Shown here piece after piece: positions 34,470 through 42,759 of a stretch of DNA of 42,759 nucleotides. Every line of letters begins with the position of its first letter. Positions within the stretch are counted from its first letter, which is position 1. Source of the stretch: Macrostomum lignano. Its lineage: Eukaryota. The DNA lies in NCBI GenBank assembly GCA_002269645.1, contig NIVC01001534.1:1-42759 (forward strand). The letters run 5' to 3'. The position numbers and the translations under genes were made by a program. Under the pieces are notes generated by a model. It ran no database searches and had not been told where the DNA came from. It saw only the letters and a program-made list of their open reading frames with translations.

Positions 34470-37400
34470 CACTCAGAGAATTGTGACACTCAGGGAGTTG
34501 TGACACTCAGGGAATTGTGAAACCCAGGGAATTGAGACACTTAGGGAATTGACACACTCGGGGAATTGTGACACTCAAGAAATTGTGACACTTAGCAAAT
34601 AGTGACACTCGGGGAATTCTGACACTCAAAGAATTGTGACACTCAGGTAATTGTGACACTCGGGGAATTCTGACACTCATAATTGTGACACTCAGGGAGT
34701 TGTGACACTCAGGGAATTGTGAAACCCAGGGAATTGAGACACTCGGGGAATTGTGACACTCAGGGAATTTTGACACACAGGGAATTGTGAAACCCAGGTA
34801 ATTGTGACACTCAGGGAATTGTGACACTTAGCAAATAGTGACACTCGGGGAATTCTGACACTCAAAGAATTGTGACACTCAGGTAATTGTGACACTCGGG
34901 GAATTCTGACACTCGGGGAATTCTGACACTCAGGGAATTTTGACACTCAGGGAATTGTGAAACCCAGGTAATTGTGACACTCAGGGAATTGTGACACTCA
35001 GGGAATTGTGAAACCCAGGTAATTGTGACACTCAGGGAATTTTGACACTCAGGGAATTGTGAAACCCAGGTAATTGTGACACTCAGGAATTTTGACACAC
35101 AGGGAATTGTGAAACCCAGGTAATTGTGACACTCAGGGAATTTTGACACTCAGGGAATTGTGAAACCCAGGTAATTGTGACACTCAGGAATTTTGACACA
35201 CAGGGAATTGTGAAACCCAGGTAATTGTGACACTTAGCAAATAGTGACACTCGGCCGGGAATTCTGACACTCGGGGAATTGTGACACTCAGGGAATTGTG
35301 ACACTCAGGGAATTGTGACACTCAGGGAATTGTGACACTCAGGGAATTGTGACACTCAGGGAATTCTGACACTTAGGGAATTGACACACTCGGGGAATTG
35401 TGACACTCAAGAAATTGTGACACTTAGCAAATAGTGACACTCGGGGAATTCTGACACTCAAAGAATTGTGACACTCAGGTAATTGTGACACTCGGGGAAT
35501 TCTGACACTCAGAATTGTGACACTCAGGGAGTTGTGACACTCAGGGAATTGTGAAACCCAGGGAATTGAGACACTCGGGGAATTGTGACACTCAGGGAAT
35601 TTTGACACACAGGGAATTGTGAAACCCAGGTAATTGTGACACTCAGGGAATTGTGACACTTAGCAAATAGTGACACTCGGGGAATTCTGACACTCAAAGA
35701 ATTGTGACACTCAGGTAATTGTGACACTCAGGGAATTGTGAAACCCAGGTAATTGTGACACTCAGGGAATTGTGACACTCAGGGAATTGTGAAACCCAGG
35801 TAATTGTGACACTCAGGGAATTTTGACACTCAGGGAATTGTGAAACCCAGGTAATTGTGACACTCAGGAATTTTGACACACAGGGAATTGTGAAACCCAG
35901 GTAATTGTGACACTCAGGGAATTTTGACACTCAGGGAATTGTGAAACCCAGGTAATTGTGACACTCAGGAATTTTGACACACAGGGAATTGTGAAACCCA
36001 GGTAATTGTGACACTTAGCATATAGTGACACTCGGCCGGGGAATTCTGACACTCGGGGAATTGTGACACTCAGGGAATTGTGACACTCAGGGAATTGTGA
36101 CACTCAGGGAATTCTGACACTCAGGGAATTGTGACACTCAGGGAATTGTGACACTCAGGGAATTGTGACACTCAGGGAATTGTGACACTCAGGGAATTGT
36201 GACACTCAGGGAATTGTGACACTCAGGGAATTGTGACACTCAGGGAATTGTGACACTCAGGGAATTGTGACACTCAGGGAATTGTGACACTCAGGGAATT
36301 GTGACACTCAGGGAATTGTGACACTCAGGGAATTGTGACACTCAGGGAATTGTGACACTCAGGGAATTGTGACACTCAGGGGATTGTGACACTCAGGGGA
36401 TTGTGACACTCAGGTAATTGTGACACTCAGGGAATTGTGACACTCAGGGAATTGTGACACTCAGGGAATTGTGACACTCAGGGAATTGTGACACTCAGGT
36501 AATTGTGACACTGGGGGAATTTTGACACTCAGGTAATTGTGACACTCAGGTAGTTGTGACACTCAGGGATTGTGACACTCAGGGAATTGTGACACTCAGG
36601 GAATTGTGACACTCAGGGAATTGTGACACTCAGGTAATTGTGACACTCAGGTAATTGTGACACTCAGGGGATTGTGACACTCAGGGAATTGTGACACTCA
36701 GGTAATTGTGACACTCAGGGGATTGTGACACTCAGGGAATTGTGACACTCAGGGAATTGTGACACTCAGGGAATTGTGACACTCAGGGAATTGTGACACT
36801 TAGGGATTTGTGACACTCAGGGAATTGTAACACTCAGGGAATTGTGACACTCAGGGAATTGTGACACTCAGGGAATTGTGACACTCAGGGAATTGTGACA
36901 CTCAGGTAGTTGTGACACTCAGGGATTTGTGACACTCAGGTAATTGTGACACTCAGGGGATTGTGACACTCAGGGAATTGTGACACTCAGGGAATTGTGA
37001 CACTCAGGGAATTGTGACACTCAGGGAATTGTGACACTCAGGGAATTGTGACACTTAGGGATTTGTGACACTCAGGGAATTGTAACACTCAGGGAATTGT
37101 GACACTCAGGGAATTGTGACACTCAGGGAATTGTGACACTCAGGGAATTGTGACACTCAGGTAGTTGTGACACTCAGGGATTTGTGACACTCAGGTAATT
37201 GTGACACTCAGGGGATTGTGACACTCAGGGAATTGTGACACTCAGGGAATTGTGACACTTAGGGATTTGTGACACTCAGGGAATTGTAACACTCAGGGAA
37301 TTGTGACACTCAGGGAATTGTGACACTCAGGGAATTGTGACACTCAGGGAATTGTGACACTCAGGGAATTGTGACACTCAGGGAATTGTGACACTCAGGG

Positions 37401-37702
37401 AATTGTGACACTCAGGGATTGTGACACTCAGGGAATTGTGACACTCAGGTAGTTGTGACACTCAGGGAATTGTGACACTCAGGGAATTGTGACACTCAGG
37501 TAGTTGTGACACTCAGGGAATTGTGACACTCAGGGAATTGTGACACTCAGGGAATTGTGACACTCAGGGAATTCTGACACTCAGGGAATTGTGACACTCA
37601 GGGAATTGTGACACTCAGGGAATTGTGACACTCAGGGAATTGTGACACTCAGGGAATTGTGACACTCAGGGAATTGTGACACTCAGGTAGTTGTGACACT
37701 CA
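34470..37702. repeat. 17-bp satellite, about 190 copies (ATTGTGACACTCAGGGA), with higher-order structure
   Basis: 17-nt period; the proximal half is duplicated at an offset of about 832 bp and the distal half is more homogeneous. Confidence 0.98.
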
Positions 37703-37882
37703 GGGATTGTTTGACAGATCAGAAACGGAGTGAACCCAATGCCACGTTTGTGACAGTTGTTTTCAGTTCTCAGAATAAGCTTAGACGAGGCAAAAGTTAA
37801 AGTGTTTTGCAGTTGGCCAAGATATTCCAATCCTAAATGGCAGCTTACTAAAAGCTGGCAAAATCTTCCAGGCCAAGAGAGG

Positions 37883-37885
<3 letters not shown>

Positions 37886-37955
<70 letters not shown>
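37886..37955. repeat. (GA)n microsatellite
   Basis: Direct reading. Confidence 0.98.
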
Positions 37956-37958
<3 letters not shown>

Positions 37959-38695
37959 CAGCAGACAACAAGTGGAATAATTTCAAGTTTGATCTGTCTA
38001 CAACAGTTTGCGCAGAAATGGTTGCTTTCGCTAACGATCAGAGAAAGAAGATCGGGCATATAGGGCAGCCACTACCATTCTGAGTCCTAGTTCAGTCATG
38101 CAGAAGCGTGCCTAGTTATATCTAGTAGTTCTCAGGTTGCGCGAACTCAAAACGCCGTGTGTGTGTCCGCGGATTAACTGGCTCTGGGGAAGGATAGAGA
38201 GGGGAGAAGGGATCGTGGAAGACTTGACCGCTTTAGTAGCATTTTATAGATTCTTCACTAGCTAACTAAAAGTTTGCCTGCAGATTATGCATACATTGTA
38301 CAATCATAGCAATGACACAATCTAAAAAAGCTATTGACATCATCATTCTTCTGCTGGTCAGTTTCGGTGTCGTATCCAGTCGTAAAATCTTACTCTTCCT
38401 AATTATAATAACTGCTTTTCTGATGCTATTTTTAGAATAAAAAAAACAAAATAAATGCTTCATTGTACTGTATATTGCATACAATAGCGCTTACAGCTTC
38501 AAACGTGGTTTGGCTTATTGCTGCGTATCTCTGGATCTACCAAACCAATTTGTACTTAAAACCCAACCGTGCCAATTCAATATTGACTCTAGCATTTTTT
38601 GTTGAAACAAATGAATTGAAAGTTTAAAATTTAAGCTAAGTTTGTAACATAAGATTTTATAGCTTGTATGTAATTTCCCTAATCATCCATTGAAC

Positions 38696-39134
38696 ATCTG
38701 TGAATCTCACCTTCCACTCTCACCTGTGAATCTCACCTTCCACTCTCACCTGTGAATCTCACCTTCCACTCTCACCTGTGAACCTCACCTTTCACTCTCA
38801 CCTGTCACTCTCACCTGTAAATCTCACCTTTCACTCTCACATTTGAATCTCATCTGTCACTCACATGTAAATCTAATCTGTCACTCTCACTTGTGAATCT
38901 CACCTGCCACTCTCACCTGTCACTCGCACCTGTCTCTCTCACCTGTGAATCTCACCTGCCACTCTCACCTGTCACTCGCAACTGTCTCTCTCACCTATGG
39001 ATCTCACCTGTCACTCGCAACTGTCTCTCTCACCTGTGGATCTCACCTGTCACTCGCAACTGTCTCTCTCACCTGTGGATCTCACCTGTCACTCGCACCT
39101 GTGAATCTCACCTGTGAATCTTACCTGTCACTCT
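38696..39134. repeat. 13-bp minisatellite (CTCACCTGTCACT/CTCACCTGTGAAT) abutting the plastin exon 3 acceptor
   Basis: Direct reading. Confidence 0.95.
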
Positions 39135-39144
39135 CCCCCAACAG

Positions 39145-39619
39145 CAAGGTGATCAACATCGCATCGCCGGACACCATAGACGAACGGGTGCTCAACAAAG
39201 GCGAAAAGCTGTCCCTATTCAAGCGCAACGAGAACATCACCCTGGCGCTGAACTCTGCTCAGAGCCTTGGCTGCGTTGTGGTTAGCATGGGCGCATCCGA
39301 GGTGGTGGCCGGCACCCAGCACCTCATTCTGGGTCTGCTATGGCAGATCATCAAAGTTGGCCTCCTGGCCGATGTTAATCTAGCGGCCAACAGCGAGCTC
39401 AGAGCTCTGTTTGGCACATCGGAGGCCAGCATTGAGGACATCCGCTCTCTGGCGCCTGAGCAGCTGCTGATGAAGTGGGTGAACTATCACCTGGAGAGGG
39501 CCGGAAGTAAACGGCGGATTGCCAATTTTAGCGACGACATCAAGGATAGCGAGGCCTACGCCTACCTGCTGCAGCAGATCATTCCGAAGGAGAGCGGGAA
39601 CGGAATGCATTCGGCCAGT
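39145..39619 (+). CDS. Fim: Plastin/fimbrin exon 3 (CH1 and start of CH2)
   Basis: AACAG|C AAG...AGT|GTGAGT; 475 nt, phase 2/0; encodes KVINIASPDTIDER, HLILGLLWQIIKVGL, LLMKWVNYHL and NFSDDIKDSEAY. Confidence 0.97.
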
Positions 39620-39710
39620 GTGAGTTGCTGTCCTGTCTGCTTGCTCTGATGGGAGGTTTTCAATTGCTGCCTTCAGTGAGCAGTTTTTGACGTTTAGAAA
39701 CACCGAAACC

Positions 39711-40478
39711 TTAGTTGCTGGGCCTCGCAGATCCTCAGTTGCTGGGCCAGCCTCCCAGATCCTCAGTTGCTGGGCCAGCCTACCAGATCCTCAGTTGCTG
39801 GGCCAGCCTCCCAGATCCTCAGTTGCTGGGCCAGCCTCCAAGATCCTCAGTTGCTGGGCCAGCCTCCCAGATCCTCAGTTGCTGGGCCAGCCTACCAGAT
39901 CCTCAGTTGCTGGGCCAGCCTCCCAGACCCTCAGTTGCTGGGCCAGCCTCCCAGATCCTCAGTTGCTGGTCCAGCCTCCCAGATCCTCAGTTGCTGGGCC
40001 AGCCTCCCAGATCCTCAGTTGCTGGGCCAGCCTCCCAGATCCTCAGTTGCTGGGCCAGCCTCCTAGATCCTGAGTTGCTGGGCCAGCCTCCCAGATCCTC
40101 AGTTGCTGGGTCAGCCTCCCAGATCCTGAGTTGCTGGGCCAGCCTCCTAGATCCTGAGTTGCTGGGCCAGCCTCCCAGATCCTCAGTTGCTGGCCAGCCT
40201 CCCAGATCCTCAGTTGCTGGGCCAGCCTCCCAGATCCTCAGTTGCTGGCCAGCCTCCCAGATCCTCAGTTGCTGGGCCAGCCTCCCAGATCCTCAGTTGC
40301 TGGGCCAGCCTCCCAGATCCTCAGTTGCTGGGCCAGCCTCCCAGATCCTCAGTTGCTGGGGCAGCCTCCCAGATCCTCTGTTGCTGGGGCAGCCTCCCAG
40401 ATCCTCTGTTGCTGGGCCAGCCTACCAGATCCTCAGTTGCTGGCCAGCCTCCCAGATCCTCAGTTGCTGGGTCAGCCT
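39711..40478. repeat. 28-bp minisatellite in plastin intron 3; same family as 10965-11444
   Basis: Unit CCTCAGTTGCTGGGCCAGCCTCCCAGAT; about 27 copies. Confidence 0.97.
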
Positions 40479-40637
40479 ACTTTTTTCTTTTCTGTTAAAC
40501 GTAACACATCTCTGAGAAACTAATTCTCGGTCATAATTATTCTTCCTGTATTTTTCAAGGTTTTTTCTGAATCAAACTACAATCAGTAGTGCAAATTGAA
40601 CACGAAAAGTAATACATACAATCGCGCCAATCTGCAG

Positions 40638-41119
40638 GATATTTTGCAACAACGCGAGCACCAAACCCGAGCGGAGCTGGTGCTGCAAAACGCCGAATTA
40701 GTCGACGCCAGAGTTTTTGTCCAACCATCGGACATTGTGGCCGGAAATTCCAATCTCAACTTGGCTTTCGTTGCCAATTTGTTTCACAAGTTCCCCTCCC
40801 TGCCGGAACCCGGCGAGGACGGCGCCGAGGATGGCGCCGGTAGAGTTGGCGCCGGTGGAGTTGGCGCCGGACCGATCAGCGCCGACGAAAATCACGCTGG
40901 ATTTGGCGCGGACGCGTTCTTAATTGACGAGACCAGAGAGGAGAAAACTTACCGGAATTGGATGAACTCGATGGGGGTGGCACCTCGGGTCAACTACCTG
41001 TACACGGACCTGCGGTCCGGCCTGACCCTGTTCCACCTGTACGACCTGATCCGGCCTGGCATTGTGCGCTGGCCGCGGGTGCACAAAACTTTTCACAGAA
41101 TGCGAGAGAACTTTGAAAG
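40638..41119 (+). CDS. Fim: Plastin/fimbrin exon 4 (end of CH2, linker, CH3)
   Basis: TGCAG|GAT...GAA AG|GTGAGA; 482 nt, phase 0/2; encodes DIVAGNSNLNLAFVANLF and ETREEKTYRNWMNSMGV. Confidence 0.96.
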
Positions 41120-41630
41120 GTGAGATTTTTCACCTATAGGGCTGAGATTTTGAAGCTATAGGGGTGAGATTTTGAACCTTTAGAGGGTGAGATTTTGAAG
41201 CTATAGGGGTGAGATTTTGAAGCTATAGGGGTGAGATTTTGAAGCTATAGGGGTGAGATTTTGAAGCTATAGGGGTGAGATTTTGAAGCTATAGGGGTGA
41301 GATTTTTATCCTTTAAGGGTGCGATTTTCAGCCTTGAGAGGTGAGATTTCGAAACTATAGGGGTGAGATTTAGCCTTGAGGGGTGAGATTTAGCCTTGAG
41401 GGGTGAGATTTTAAAACTATGGTGTGATATTTCGAACCTATACATGTAGGATAGAATTTTAACCTATAGATTTTCAACCTATGGAAGTGAAATTTTGAAC
41501 GTTTAGCGAGTGAGATTTTGAACGTTTAGCGAGTGAGATTTTGAACGTTTAGCGAGTGAGATTTTGAACGTTTAGCGAGTGAGATTTTGAACCTCTAGGG
41601 GTGAGATTTTAAACCTATAGGGGTGAGATT
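41119..41630. repeat. 22-bp minisatellite (GGTGAGATTTTGAAGCTATAGG) starting at, and reiterating, the exon 4 splice donor
   Basis: About 20 GTGAGA copies downstream of the true donor AAG|GTGAGA. Confidence 0.95.
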
Positions 41631-41777
41631 TGGAGAAGCACATTTTGAAGATATCGAGTTGAGCTGTTGCAGCTCTAGTATTGAGATTTTATGGCTATGG
41701 GAATAAGATTTTAAAGTTAATGGATGATAAGATTTTGAACCTGTCATCATCGTCATCACAAATGACGCACCCATCAG

Positions 41778-42146
41778 GCTAGAGAACTGCAATTACGCCG
41801 TGGAACTCGGCCGTCAAGTGGGTTTCAGCCTCGTGGCATCGGAGGCGAAGACCTGCTAGAAGGCAACGTGACCCTCACCCTGGCCCTGGTGTGGCAGCTC
41901 ATGCGAGCGTACACCCTGGCCATCCTATCTAAGCTGGCTGGCAGCGCTGCAGCTGGCAAACGCATTGACGAGCGCGCCATCATAGCCTGGGCCAACCAGC
42001 GTCTGGAGCGGGGCGGCAAGTCCGGTCGGCTATCATCGTTCCAGGATCTGGCCATTGCTGATGCTCGGCTGGTGCTGGACCTGATCGACTGCCTGAGGCC
42101 CGGATCTGTTAACTATGCCAACGTGTTGGAGGGCACCACCGAGGCT
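41778..42146 (+). CDS. Fim: Plastin/fimbrin exon 5 (CH3-CH4) with a 1-nt deletion at about 41835; the gene continues beyond the window
   Basis: ATCAG|G CTA GAG AAC...GCT|GTGAGC. LENCNYAVELG...FSLV continues as GIGGEDL...TLALVWQLMRAYTL only if one G is restored (GTGGCATC -> GTGGGCATC). Confidence 0.92.
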
Positions 42147-42189
42147 GTGAGCTTGGCTTCTAGCTCTAGTGTTTATCGTAGCTTATTTA

Positions 42190-42759
42190 TAGAATCTAGC
42201 TGATAGGATCTAGCTGATAGAATCTAGCTGATAAAATCTAGCTGATAGAATCTAGCTGATAGAATCTAGCTGATAGAATCTAGCTGATAAAATCTAGCTG
42301 ATAGAATCTAGCTGATAGAATCTAGCTGATAGAATCTAGCTGATAGAATCTAGCTGATAGAATCTAGCTGATAGAATCTAGCTGATAGAATCTAGCTGAT
42401 AGAATCTAGCTGATAGAATCTAGCTGATAGAATCTAGCTGATAGAATCTAGCTGATAAAATCTAGCTGATAGAATCTAGCTGATAGAATCTAGCTGATAG
42501 AATCTAGCTGATAGAATCTAGCTGATAAAATCTAGCTGATAAAATCTAGCTGATAGAATCTAGCTGATAGAATCTAGCTGATAGAATCTAGCTGATAAAA
42601 TCTAGCTGATAGAATCTAGCTGATAAAATCTAGCTGATAAAATCTAGCTGATAGAATCTAGCTGATAAAATCTAGCTGATAGAATCTAGCTGATAAAATC
42701 TAGCTGATAGAATCTAGCTGATAGAATCTAGCTGATAGAATCTAGCTGATAGAATCTAG
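42190..42759. repeat. 14-bp minisatellite (GATAGAATCTAGCT) in plastin intron 5
   Basis: Direct reading; runs to the window end. Confidence 0.98.

Overview
Eukaryotic (animal, probably invertebrate) genomic DNA. GC-rich exons separated by introns packed with tandem repeats suggest a Macrostomum-like flatworm, but this is inference and was not verified. Minus strand: a six-exon PRMT3 gene (18951->9426, 547 aa, all junctions GT-AG and phase-consistent), an archease CDS (6100->5630) and a rhodopsin-class GPCR ORF covering only TM1-5 (2313->1363). Plus strand: a secreted PAN/EGF-like/C-type lectin gene nested in PRMT3 intron 3 (12773-13528) and a plastin/fimbrin gene (29726->beyond the window; five exons seen, with a 1-nt frameshift in exon 5). 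Between the divergent PRMT3 and plastin genes lies a strongly CpG-depleted block. It contains a full-length but dead Ty3/Gypsy element (23203-27657, both LTRs, AGTTC target-site duplication) whose inactivating changes are largely CpG transitions. Other mobile DNA: a tRNA-derived CORE-type SINE, a three-copy hAT-like MITE carrying a CT microsatellite, and a probable Tc1 remnant. All ten introns of PRMT3 and plastin contain tandem arrays. One 28-bp array is shared by both genes just downstream of a splice donor, and another reiterates the donor sequence itself. There is no CRISPR array, rRNA or functional tRNA. I found no clearly novel multi-gene system; the best leads are regulatory or genome-architectural. 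All counts were made by eye.
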